NCBI GenBank assembly: GCA_963932905.1
Contig: CAWVRN010000013.1
Location: forward strand, 1 to 64,000
Reading direction: 5' to 3'
DNA length: 64,000 nt
Source: an uncultured Bdellovibrio sp.
GTDB lineage: Bacteria; Bdellovibrionota; Bdellovibrionia; Bdellovibrionales; Bdellovibrionaceae
The position numbers and the translations under genes were made by a program. How positions within the stretch are numbered: the first letter of the stretch is position 1; each line of letters begins with the position of its first letter. Below, in pieces: positions 40,444 to 49,646 of the stretch. Below the pieces are notes generated by a model. The model worked only from the letters and a program-made list of their open reading frames with translations, was not told the DNA's origin and did no database searches.

Positions 40444-40678
40444 TTTTTGTAAGTGATGATCCTTCTTTCTTCTTAAGCGCAAATCAAGCTCGGTCTTCCA
40501 TTGAAGAGAATATTTTTAAAAGACATGAAAAAAATGAGTTCCGCAGACAGGCGTTCAGCGCCGGCGAGGACTGCCGAGGCTTTTTTTATGTCTTTTAAAA
40601 ATATTCTCTTCAATGGAAGTCCCCGCTCGAACCCCTAAACGAAGCTTAAGAAGAAAGAAGGATCATCACTTACAAAAA
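40444..40678. repeat. 235-bp nested inverted repeat (35-bp and 32-bp perfect arms)
   Basis: 40444-40478 is the exact reverse complement of 40644-40678; 40495-40526 is the exact reverse complement of 40588-40619; GC-rich structured core. Confidence 0.95.
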
Positions 40679-40688
40679 CGGGGGATTT

Positions 40689-41564
40689 TTAATTCGTATC
40701 GGTAAACAAGAAGTTCCACTTATCCAACGCAGGAACAATAAGGTAAATCAAAACACTAACGTTGATCCACATGAAGTACTTCAACCAACCCACTTGGCCT
40801 TTAGATTTAACAAACTTATACGTTTCAAATAAAAGTTTCGCCGAAGTTGGAATCACGAACAAAAGATAAAGCCATGAGGCCTTGTAAAAGGCCGGCGATA
40901 AAATCGCACAACCCACATACGCAAATGTGTACAAAGCCATTTGATACAAAGTACGCTCAAGCCCCAACGCTACTGGCAGAGTAGGGATTCCACCCTCGCG
41001 GTAATCATCTTTATAACGAATCGCTAGCGCCCAGAAGTGCGGCATCTGCCAAAGGAATAAAATCAAAAATAGGTAAATAGATTCCGGAGAAAGAAAATTA
41101 GAATTCACCGCCGTATAACCAATCGTCACCGGCAACGCGCCCGGAATAGCACCCGGAACCGCGGCGTAAATCCATTTAGGCTTCCACCAATAAGTGTAAA
41201 CGACATTGTACAGAACAACAGTCGCCAATCCAAAAACCAAAGCCAATGGCGAAACTAGATACAATAAATAGCATCCACCAAATAGAAATGAACACGCCAG
41301 AACCAAACCTGCCATCGGTGTGATTTGTCCCGCAGCAATTGGGCGCTTTGATGTTCTAGGCATCTGTGCATCTAATTTATATTCTTGAACTTGGTTCAGA
41401 GCCAGGCTGCCTGAACTTAAAAGAAATGTTCCACCGATTAATTTTAGAAAATGAATCGCATCAAAAACTCTTTCAGATTCAAAGCCGAGTGCGTACCCAG
41501 CAATAGCAGCTAGGACAACAAAGATCGTGATTCCTAGCTTGGTTAAATCAGAAAAGAGTTTCAC
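40689..41564 (-). CDS. ctaB: Protoheme IX farnesyltransferase (heme O synthase)
   Basis: DAQMPRTSKRPI, GAIPGALP, FLWQMPHFWALA, DY..GGIP.LP. Confidence 0.95.
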   Translation of the reverse strand: MKLFSDLTKLGITIFVVLAAIAGYALGFESERVFDAIHFLKLIGGTFLLSSGSLALNQVQEYKLDAQMPRTSKRPIAAGQITPMAGLVLACSFLFGGCYLLYLVSPLALVFGLATVVLYNVVYTYWWKPKWIYAAVPGAIPGALPVTIGYTAVNSNFLSPESIYLFLILFLWQMPHFWALAIRYKDDYREGGIPTLPVALGLERTLYQMALYTFAYVGCAILSPAFYKASWLYLLFVIPTSAKLLFETYKFVKSKGQVGWLKYFMWINVSVLIYLIVPALDKWNFLFTDTN

Positions 41565-41576
41565 TGGTTATAGACT

Positions 41577-41921
41577 TTACAGTGTGCTTGTTTCAGCAAC
41601 ACGTGTGTAGATATCTAGGACGCAAATGATGAATAACAAGGCCAAGAAGAAAAACCCCGTCGCAAAGATGGCGCGATTATCTGGCTTGTCATATTTTAGG
41701 CCCATGAAAAACATCAATACTAATGCTGCCTTAAACGCCGCAATTAGAAACGCGACCGGAGCCGCTAATACAGATCCATGCATTACATTGTGAAACAAGT
41801 AATGAAAACCAACAGTTAAAAGCGTGAACACGATCAGTGCCCACATTACCCGCGTGTAGATTTCTTTCGGGATAATGTGATGTGAATGATTTCCACCTGA
41901 ATGATTATTATTTGATCCCAT
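41577..41921 (-). CDS. Cytochrome c oxidase subunit IV family
   Basis: 3 TM; IA..KA.LV..FFM.LKY; operon context. Confidence 0.85.
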   Translation of the reverse strand: MGSNNNHSGGNHSHHIIPKEIYTRVMWALIVFTLLTVGFHYLFHNVMHGSVLAAPVAFLIAAFKAALVLMFFMGLKYDKPDNRAIFATGFFFLALLFIICVLDIYTRVAETSTL

Positions 41922-41936
41922 GATTATCTCCTAAGT

Positions 41937-42599
41937 TTAGCCTACCAAATATAGTAACGGGAAAAGGAAGATCCAAATTAAGTCGACGATATGCCAAAAG
42001 ATACCAACGCCCTCAACCGGTGTGAAATAATCCGCACCGAAATCCCCACGTTGTGCTCTGATGGCTAACCAAACGATTAATCCCATACCAATCAATACGT
42101 GTAGACCGTGAAGACCCGTCATACAGAAATAGAAACCATAATACATACCAAGGTTGGCATGTTGAGCCTGTGCATGAGCTACGTCCAACAAATGACCCGG
42201 CAATAAACCGTGTGAAAATTTGGAGTAGTATTCAAAGGCCTTAATACCCATGAAAACCAAACCACAAATAACTGTAATCCAAAGTTTTGTGACAGCTTCT
42301 GATTTTTCATTTTTCTGTAAATGATGAATCGACATCGCCATTGTATATGAAGATACAATCAGAACTAGCGTATTAACGAAACCCAATCTCCAGTCCAAAT
42401 GACTAGCACCTTCTGAAAACATTTCTGGATAGATCGTGTGGAAAATCGCGTAACCTACGAACAAACCACCGAACATAAGGATCTCGGTAACCATGAATAG
42501 CCAGATACCTTGTTTAGCACTGTCGAATTCATGTTCAGCATCGCGAAAATGGTGAGCGACGTGATGTCCACTACCGTGAGAGTGATTACTTGTACTCAT
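41937..42599 (-). CDS. ctaE: Cytochrome c oxidase subunit III
   Basis: WLFMVTEILMFGGLF, TGLHGLHV, FWHIVDLIW. Confidence 0.95.
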   Translation of the reverse strand: MSTSNHSHGSGHHVAHHFRDAEHEFDSAKQGIWLFMVTEILMFGGLFVGYAIFHTIYPEMFSEGASHLDWRLGFVNTLVLIVSSYTMAMSIHHLQKNEKSEAVTKLWITVICGLVFMGIKAFEYYSKFSHGLLPGHLLDVAHAQAQHANLGMYYGFYFCMTGLHGLHVLIGMGLIVWLAIRAQRGDFGADYFTPVEGVGIFWHIVDLIWIFLFPLLYLVG

Positions 42600-44184
42600 A
42601 AGGCCCCGCATTTACTGTTGGATCCACATCAAAGTTGAAATGAGGTGGAGGTGATGAAGTTTGCCATTCTAATGTTTTTGCGCCCCAAGGATTCGCAGAA
42701 GCTTTAGGACCTTTGCGAATACCCTCGATGAACACATATAAACCTAAGAAGAACCCGATACCAATTAGCCAAGATCCCATTGTCGAAATAGCATTCAGAG
42801 AATGGTAAGCCGGGATATAATCAAAATAACGTCGTGGCATACCCATCGCACCCAAAATGAATTGAGGGAAGAACGTTACGTTGAATCCAATAAAGATTAA
42901 AATGAATGTTAAACGGGCTAGTGTTTCATTGTACATTTTACCGAACATCTTCGGGAACCAATAGTACATACCCCCCATGATCGCCATCAAAGTACCACCC
43001 ACCATTACGTAGTGGAAATGGGCAACAACGAAATAGGTGTCATGGAAGTGAACGTCAATCGCCATAACTGCAAGCATAATGCCCGTTACACCACCGATAG
43101 CGAATAGGAACAAAAAGCCGAGCGCATATAACATTGGAGTCTCAAACGAGATATTACCTTTGTACAAAGTAGCCAACCAGTTGAACATTTTAATCGCCGT
43201 CGGCACACCCACAAGCATCGTCAGGAAAGAGAATACCACGCCAGCCACTTCTGATTGACCAGAAACAAACATGTGATGTCCCCAAACAAAGAACGAAACG
43301 GCCGCGATACCTAGCGAAGAGTAGGCAATGGCAGTATAACCAAAAATAGTTTTTCTTGCGAAGGCCGCGATAATTTCAGACACAATACCCATCGCAGGCA
43401 AGATCATGATGTAAACCGCAGGATGCGAATAGAACCAGAAGAAATGTTGGAATAGAACGGGATCGCCACCCAAAGTTGGATCAAAAATACCCACACCAAA
43501 AGTTCGCTCAACAGCAAGTAACAACAGAGTGATAGCAAGAACCGGAGTCGCTAAAACTTGAAGAATCGCTGTTGAATACAATGCCCAGATAAACAATGGA
43601 ATACGATGCATCGTCATACCCGGTGCACGTAATTTATGAGTTGTAACAATGAAGTTCAAACCCGTAAGGATTGACGACATCCCCATAACGAACGCTGCCA
43701 ATACCATAATGGTAGCTGCAGTTCCCGTTTTGATTGAGTAAGGAGTATAGAAAGTCCAACCCGTATCAATTTTACCCAAGAACAAAGTCGACATGGCGAT
43801 CAATGCACCCGCCATAAAAATATACCAGCTGGCTAAGTTAAGTCTCGGGAAGGCCACGTCTTTTGCACCGATTTGCAAAGGCAAAAAGAAGTTCCCCAAA
43901 ATCGCCGGAATACCCGGGACGATAACCATGAAAACCATGATGGCTCCATGATAAGTCATCACTTGGTTGTATTGATCTGGCGTTAAGAATTGAGAACCAG
44001 GCTTGAATAACTCTAAACGAATCAACAAAGCAAAGATTCCACCTAATAGGAAGAAAAAGAAAATCGAGCACATGTACAAGAGTCCGATTCTCTTGTGATC
44101 AAGGCTGGTAAACCAAGACTTAATACCTTTAAACTCTGTTATGTAGTTCACGTCGGGATTAGAACCATGAGTTGATGATGCCAT
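42586..44184 (-). CDS. ctaD: Cytochrome c oxidase subunit I (A2-type, YSHPAVY)
   Basis: DHKRIG, WFYSHPAVY, WGHHM, HDTYFVVAHFHY, GMPRR. Confidence 0.97.
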   Translation of the reverse strand: MASSTHGSNPDVNYITEFKGIKSWFTSLDHKRIGLLYMCSIFFFFLLGGIFALLIRLELFKPGSQFLTPDQYNQVMTYHGAIMVFMVIVPGIPAILGNFFLPLQIGAKDVAFPRLNLASWYIFMAGALIAMSTLFLGKIDTGWTFYTPYSIKTGTAATIMVLAAFVMGMSSILTGLNFIVTTHKLRAPGMTMHRIPLFIWALYSTAILQVLATPVLAITLLLLAVERTFGVGIFDPTLGGDPVLFQHFFWFYSHPAVYIMILPAMGIVSEIIAAFARKTIFGYTAIAYSSLGIAAVSFFVWGHHMFVSGQSEVAGVVFSFLTMLVGVPTAIKMFNWLATLYKGNISFETPMLYALGFLFLFAIGGVTGIMLAVMAIDVHFHDTYFVVAHFHYVMVGGTLMAIMGGMYYWFPKMFGKMYNETLARLTFILIFIGFNVTFFPQFILGAMGMPRRYFDYIPAYHSLNAISTMGSWLIGIGFFLGLYVFIEGIRKGPKASANPWGAKTLEWQTSSPPPHFNFDVDPTVNAGPYEYK

Positions 44185-44197
44185 ATATATTCCTTAC

Positions 44198-45154
44198 CTA
44201 TTTAATCGTTTTCACGTATTCGATGAGCGCCGCTAACTCTTCTTCGCTAATTTGACCCTGGAACGTCGGCATAACACCAGCATTAAAGCCTTTTACAACT
44301 TTAGCGTTCGGAGCCAAAATAGATTCACGGATGTAAGATTCATCCACATTGGCTTTAGAACCGTCTGCCAATTCTTCTTCAGTTCCAAATTTCTGGTACA
44401 ATGATGGTCCCGCTTTAACAGATTTGTCTGCTACCGAGTGACAACCAGAGCACGCTTTAATCTGGAATAATTTTTCACCCTTTTGAGCCAATGGCAATGT
44501 GCTGAATTTCGATTCTTCTTCTAACCATTGATCATACTCTTCTTGAGAAACCACATGCAACTTACCAAGCATACCCGAGTGCTGAGTTCCGCAGTATTCT
44601 GTACAGAAAATGTGGAATTCACCAAACTTAGTCGCTTTGAACGATAAAGCCGTGTAGCGACCAGGAATCACGTCTTGCTTAATACGGAAACTTGGAACGT
44701 AAAAGCTATGAATAACATCCGTTGATGTCATGATTAGTTTTACATCTTTATTGATAGGAACTTTGATCAAATTTGCAGTTTTAACACCGCTTTTGTATTC
44801 CGCTTCCCATGCCCATTGTTTACCACGAACGTGGATTTCAAGAGCATCTTTCGGCATTGAACGCATATCGTGGAATATCAACCAACCCCATGCAAACACC
44901 GCCAAGAAAATTACGAGTGGAATAAATGACCACAAGAATTCAAGGAAAACGTTGTGAGTGATGTATGCTGATTTGGCGTTAACTGATCTTCTTTTGTATT
45001 TTTGAGCGAAGAAAATCATCCCACCAATTAAAATAGCACACGCCACGAAGCTAGTTATAAGCAAGAAGTTGTACAAACTATCTACTTGATACGCGATATC
45101 GGTCGCTGCTGTAGGCATCAACTTTTCCGCGTGGGCCGAACTGATCCAGAACAT
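44198..45154 (-). CDS. ctaC: Cytochrome c oxidase subunit II with fused cytochrome c
   Basis: DVIHSF, CTEYCGTQHSGM (CuA), CSGCH heme c. Confidence 0.95.
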   Translation of the reverse strand: MFWISSAHAEKLMPTAATDIAYQVDSLYNFLLITSFVACAILIGGMIFFAQKYKRRSVNAKSAYITHNVFLEFLWSFIPLVIFLAVFAWGWLIFHDMRSMPKDALEIHVRGKQWAWEAEYKSGVKTANLIKVPINKDVKLIMTSTDVIHSFYVPSFRIKQDVIPGRYTALSFKATKFGEFHIFCTEYCGTQHSGMLGKLHVVSQEEYDQWLEEESKFSTLPLAQKGEKLFQIKACSGCHSVADKSVKAGPSLYQKFGTEEELADGSKANVDESYIRESILAPNAKVVKGFNAGVMPTFQGQISEEELAALIEYVKTIK

Positions 45155-45156
45155 GT

Positions 45157-46059
45157 CTATCTCCCCGTTGTTCCTTCGTGCTTACGTTTGCGAAGCCAGA
45201 AGGGTAAAAGCAATAACATTAAAATAATAACCATAGCGACCCCGCCCATTCTCACCAGATTAAATGCGGCAAGAGAGTACTTGTTTTCTTTTGGGTCGTA
45301 ATGAAAACAATAAAGTAACATTTTATCTACGAAGCTTCCGATTTTACCTTCGGTCGCCTCATTCAAAGCTAGCTTCAGGTCTTTTTGATCAAACATGATG
45401 CCGCCCAAATATCTTGAAATTACGCCTTTTGGAGTAGTAACGATGGCCGCAGAAGCATGTGCCCATTCTTTTTCTTTTTCATTCCATTTGGCTTTGAAGC
45501 CAACAGACGACATCATTTTGTCGATTGTTGCCTGATCACCGGTTAGAAAGTGCCAGCCATTTTCAGTTCCCGGACGGTCATAAACAGACATGTATGATTT
45601 CTTTTTATTTGCACCTAAATCGAATGTTTCTTTCGCATCGAAACTGATCGCAACGATCTGGAATTTTTCACCTGGATTCCAGTCTAATCCTTTAAGGCCT
45701 TCTGTTAATCCATTTAAATGAAAGTTACATAGTCCTGGGCACGAGTAATAAACTAACGAGATCACGACTGGGTGCTTACCGTCGTAAAAACTTCCCAATG
45801 TGACGTCTTCACCTTTTTCGTTTTTAAACGTTAAACCCATATCAACCGAAGAGCCTAATTTTTCTTCGATACCTACGCCGTCCAATTCAGTTGGACGCAC
45901 AGTTGATGTCTGAGGCGCGGGCTTGCCGTCATAGCCGCCATCCGGTTTGCCTTGATGTGAATACGATGCCACCGTGAACAACAACAAAAACAAAAATACG
46001 AAAACCATTTGGTTTTCGCATTTTGAAGATAAGTGTCTCAATCGGTCTGCAGTTGACAT
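45157..46059 (-). CDS. SCO family protein
   Basis: YYSCPGLC, WHFLTG, H; oxidase operon. Confidence 0.9.
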   Translation of the reverse strand: MSTADRLRHLSSKCENQMVFVFLFLLLFTVASYSHQGKPDGGYDGKPAPQTSTVRPTELDGVGIEEKLGSSVDMGLTFKNEKGEDVTLGSFYDGKHPVVISLVYYSCPGLCNFHLNGLTEGLKGLDWNPGEKFQIVAISFDAKETFDLGANKKKSYMSVYDRPGTENGWHFLTGDQATIDKMMSSVGFKAKWNEKEKEWAHASAAIVTTPKGVISRYLGGIMFDQKDLKLALNEATEGKIGSFVDKMLLYCFHYDPKENKYSLAAFNLVRMGGVAMVIILMLLLLPFWLRKRKHEGTTGR

Positions 46060-46074
46060 GATTTTCCTAAATTA

Positions 46075-46611
46075 CTATTGAGCCGTTTTCGCAAATTCAG
46101 CGACTTTAGCTGGATCGTCTTTAGATTTATTTTCAGTGATAGATTCGATGAAATGTAGAATGGCCCAACGGTCAGCAACTTTTAAATGTTTAAAAGCAGC
46201 CATAGAACTGTTTGGGATGCCATTGGCTACAACATTAAAGTGAGATATGAGACCGTTACCTTGAGTCCATTTACCTTCGACAAAGTTTCTTGGTTTTGGA
46301 GTCAAACCACCACCCGCAGGGCCATCACCCTTACCCGCGTCGCCATGACAAGTAGCGCAATTCATTTTGTACTGTTTGTGGCCGTACTCGACAAGTTCGG
46401 GAGTTGATACCCATGGTTCTTTAACGTCCGCGATTTTGAATGCGGGACCTGCCGCTTTATTTGAAGGCGCGTTTGGATCAACAACATTTTCACCAAGATC
46501 GACACCAGGATGTACAAAGGCAATGTATGCAAAAAAAGCAAACACAAAGATCATCGCAAAGATGAAGGCAGCAAATCCGCCTCTGTTATGGACATCAGAG
46601 GATTCAGACAT
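46075..46611 (-). CDS. Membrane-anchored cytochrome c
   Basis: CATCHG..GDGP..PKPRNF..SMAAF. Confidence 0.9.
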   Translation of the reverse strand: MSESSDVHNRGGFAAFIFAMIFVFAFFAYIAFVHPGVDLGENVVDPNAPSNKAAGPAFKIADVKEPWVSTPELVEYGHKQYKMNCATCHGDAGKGDGPAGGGLTPKPRNFVEGKWTQGNGLISHFNVVANGIPNSSMAAFKHLKVADRWAILHFIESITENKSKDDPAKVAEFAKTAQ

Positions 46612-46778
46612 AGATTCTCCAATTTATTTTAAGGGAAACGTTTACAGTATGGTTTGATTAGTAGCGTAAAAGAAAAGCCTGAGCAATAAAAAGCTGTTAT
46701 GAATGTTAAAAATTTTTGTGTTATGCCGCAGAATGATTTTTGCTTATTTTTCTAGCAAATATGCCAATTCAAGAAACC

Positions 46779-47615
46779 TTAATCTTTTTTCGGAAATAGA
46801 AAATCCATCGTCTTTGTCCAAAACAGAGGCGGATCTTCCAGATTCGGGCAATGCCCTTTACCAGCAAGGATTTCACAGCGAGCGCCCATAATTTTTTCGG
46901 CTAATTCTACTGACCCTTTAAACGGCAGAATCTGATCGTCTTCACCGTGCAGGATTAAAACATCACTTTGGATTGAAGCCAATCGAGACTCGATATTAAA
47001 TTCTCCAAATGCCTGCGCGATTTTGAATCCAATATTTTGCGCCGCACGAAAGGCATCCGGCACAACCACGTTAGAAAAAAAGCGAGCATTGATATTCGGA
47101 GCCTTAATTGTAGATTTCATAACCTCAGCCACCAAGTCTTTGTCCGTCTTCATAGATTCAAAGGCCTGCATAACCGCCGGTTCAAACCTTCGCCCACGCG
47201 GTCCAACCGGATCTAGCAATAGCACTTTATCTAATAGCACAGTTAATTCGGTCGCAAGAACAGTTGCAATACTGCCGCCGGTAGAATGACCGACAAGGTT
47301 CAATGATTTCAAATTCAGCGACAGTAAGAAAGATTTAAACTCGCTCGCTAACGATTCAATAGTAATAGATTCCGATGATTCAACGCTTGAACTTTTTCCA
47401 CAACCGCGAATTTCCGCCATAACCAAATCCCCTGCCAACCCGGGGTTTGTTTTTAATTTTGCAAAATCTAAAGACGGGTACCACCAACGATTGGAAGACA
47501 AATTGCCATGAATAAAAACAGTGGTTTTTGGTAGCACATTACGAAGAATTTCAAAGTGAATGAAATTCTTTTTATCATCGGTGAGGTAAAACTTATGCGA
47601 CTCAAAAATAGTCAT
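46779..47615 (-). CDS. Alpha/beta hydrolase
   Basis: FIHGN, GHSTGG, GEDD, GH. Confidence 0.9.
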   Translation of the reverse strand: MTIFESHKFYLTDDKKNFIHFEILRNVLPKTTVFIHGNLSSNRWWYPSLDFAKLKTNPGLAGDLVMAEIRGCGKSSSVESSESITIESLASEFKSFLLSLNLKSLNLVGHSTGGSIATVLATELTVLLDKVLLLDPVGPRGRRFEPAVMQAFESMKTDKDLVAEVMKSTIKAPNINARFFSNVVVPDAFRAAQNIGFKIAQAFGEFNIESRLASIQSDVLILHGEDDQILPFKGSVELAEKIMGARCEILAGKGHCPNLEDPPLFWTKTMDFLFPKKD

Positions 47616-47641
47616 GTTACCTCACCGTATTTTATTTCAGA

Positions 47642-48391
47642 TTAAAGTACAATCCCGCCATCTACGCTGATCACAGTACCTGTGATGTAAGACGCTTGTT
47701 CAGAAGAAAGGAATAAACATGCATTAGCGATGTCATCCACTTCACCTAAACGTTGCAAAGGAACTTTAGCTGCCATGCCATCAAGAACCTCTTTAGGCAT
47801 TGCGTTTGTCATTGCTGTTTTGATGAAACCCGGAGCAATCGCGTTCACCGTGAAACCTTTACGACCTAATTCTTTAGCCAAAGTTTTTGTGAAACCGATA
47901 ACACCCGCTTTGGTCGCCGCGTAGTTCGCTTGACCAAAGTTACCATAAAGACCAACGACACTTGAAATGTTGATCACGCGTTTATGTGAAGATGCTGGAT
48001 TGAATTTTTCCAATAAGCCTTTTGTTACATTGTAGATACCAGTTAAGTTTGTATTGATAACTGCATCCCAATCAACATCCGTCATTTTAGCGAATGATTT
48101 ATCACGAGTGATACCGGCGTTGTTGACCAGAACGTCAACGGGAGCTGGCAATGCTTTGATGGCTGTTTCAACTGATGTCCTGTTGGTCACGTCGACTTGT
48201 TGAAAAGTAACTTGTGACGCGTATTTTGATAATTCTTTTTGTGCGTTGTTAAGTGCGTCTTGAGAGTAATCCCAAACAACAACTTTACCGCCCGCTTCTA
48301 AATAAGACGATGTTAATTTAAAACCGATCCCAGCAGCACCGCCAGTAACTAGTGCTAATTTGCCTGTAAAATTAAAATTCAAGTTGGCCAT
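47642..48391 (-). CDS. fabG: SDR 3-oxoacyl-ACP/CoA reductase (FabG-like)
   Basis: TGGAAGIG, NNAGITRD, NYAATKAG, NAIAPG. Confidence 0.85.
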   Translation of the reverse strand: MANLNFNFTGKLALVTGGAAGIGFKLTSSYLEAGGKVVVWDYSQDALNNAQKELSKYASQVTFQQVDVTNRTSVETAIKALPAPVDVLVNNAGITRDKSFAKMTDVDWDAVINTNLTGIYNVTKGLLEKFNPASSHKRVINISSVVGLYGNFGQANYAATKAGVIGFTKTLAKELGRKGFTVNAIAPGFIKTAMTNAMPKEVLDGMAAKVPLQRLGEVDDIANACLFLSSEQASYITGTVISVDGGIVL

Positions 48392-48623
48392 GAAAGTTCC
48401 TTTTCAAAAAAGTTTCCAATTTGTATTTCACATCGACTTAAAATTGACAATAACTCTTTGCAGGGTTTCTGGAAGGAAAATAGGGTTTTTGCTCTATAAA
48501 CTTTTACTGGACAAAGATGATTTTCCAGCGCTAGACCATCAGAACTAGAGTGAATAGTTAAACGAAAAAACGTAACCGATTTTTGGAAAAATATTAAGTC
48601 AAGATTGCGAAAGGAATATTTAG

Positions 48624-49625
48624 ATGAGAACAATTTCTATCACAGGCACAGGAATGTACGCACCAGAACGCGTAGTAAAAAATTCGTATTTTGATGAATT
48701 ATATAAAAAAGATATCGGAACATTTTTAAAAAATAGCCGCAACATTTCTGAGCGTCGCTGGATGGAACCGTCGCAAACTACAAGCGATTTGATCGTTCCC
48801 GCGGCTGAAGAAGCAATGAAAAATGCCGGCATCACTGCAAAAGATTTAGATTTAATAATCGTTGCAACTGACACACCTGACTATTTATCCCCTTCGACGG
48901 CATCCGTAGTTTCTCACAAGCTTCAAGCGTTGAAAGCCGGGACTTTTGATATCAACACAGCCTGTGCCGGTTTCGTGACAGCGCTTGAAGTTGGTCAAAA
49001 AATGATGAAGACCGACAATCAGTTTAAATATGTATTAGTTGTTGGCGCCTACGCGATGAGTAAATGGTTAAATTTTGACGATTATAAAATTGCGTCTTTA
49101 TTTGCGGATGGCGCGGGTGCTGCAATTTTGACAGACGCCCCAGTAGGCACTCAAGGGTTCTTAGCTTCTACCTTCTATACAGATGCCCAGTATCATGATT
49201 ATATGGGGATCTATGCTGGTGGTAGTTACAAACCAGTGACTCATGAAGTGATTGAAAAGAAAGAACATCTTCTAGCGTTTCCTAAACGTATTCCACCGGA
49301 AACAAACGGAATTCACTGGCCACGACTAACTAATATAATCTTGGATAAAATCCAAAAACGCCCTGAAGATATTAAACATTTCTTCATGACTCAGTTCAAC
49401 GTTCAAAGTATTTACGAAACTATGGATACATTAAAATTACCTCGTGAAAAAGCTCACTACATCATGGATCGTTATGGCTACACGGGTTCTGCGTCTATTG
49501 GTATGTGTATGGCCGATGCGGCTCGCCAACATAAAGTTAAAAAAGGCGATTTAGTTTTGATGTTAGGATCAGGCGGCGGTATGTCTATGGTCGCTATTGC
49601 TATGGAATGGGGATTTAATACGTAA
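48624..49625 (+). CDS. KAS III/FabH-like thiolase-fold enzyme (atypical active site)
   Basis: ATDTPD, TACAGF, FADGAGA; TQFN and YGYT in place of HQAN and YGNT. Confidence 0.85.
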   Translation: MRTISITGTGMYAPERVVKNSYFDELYKKDIGTFLKNSRNISERRWMEPSQTTSDLIVPAAEEAMKNAGITAKDLDLIIVATDTPDYLSPSTASVVSHKLQALKAGTFDINTACAGFVTALEVGQKMMKTDNQFKYVLVVGAYAMSKWLNFDDYKIASLFADGAGAAILTDAPVGTQGFLASTFYTDAQYHDYMGIYAGGSYKPVTHEVIEKKEHLLAFPKRIPPETNGIHWPRLTNIILDKIQKRPEDIKHFFMTQFNVQSIYETMDTLKLPREKAHYIMDRYGYTGSASIGMCMADAARQHKVKKGDLVLMLGSGGGMSMVAIAMEWGFNT

Positions 49626-49646
49626 TTCGTCTTTTTAGGGGGGACT

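Noticed and set aside
40099..40482. 127-aa minus-strand ORF starting in the palindrome
   Set aside because: Antisense to the lipoprotein gene and crosses its terminator; no recognisable motif
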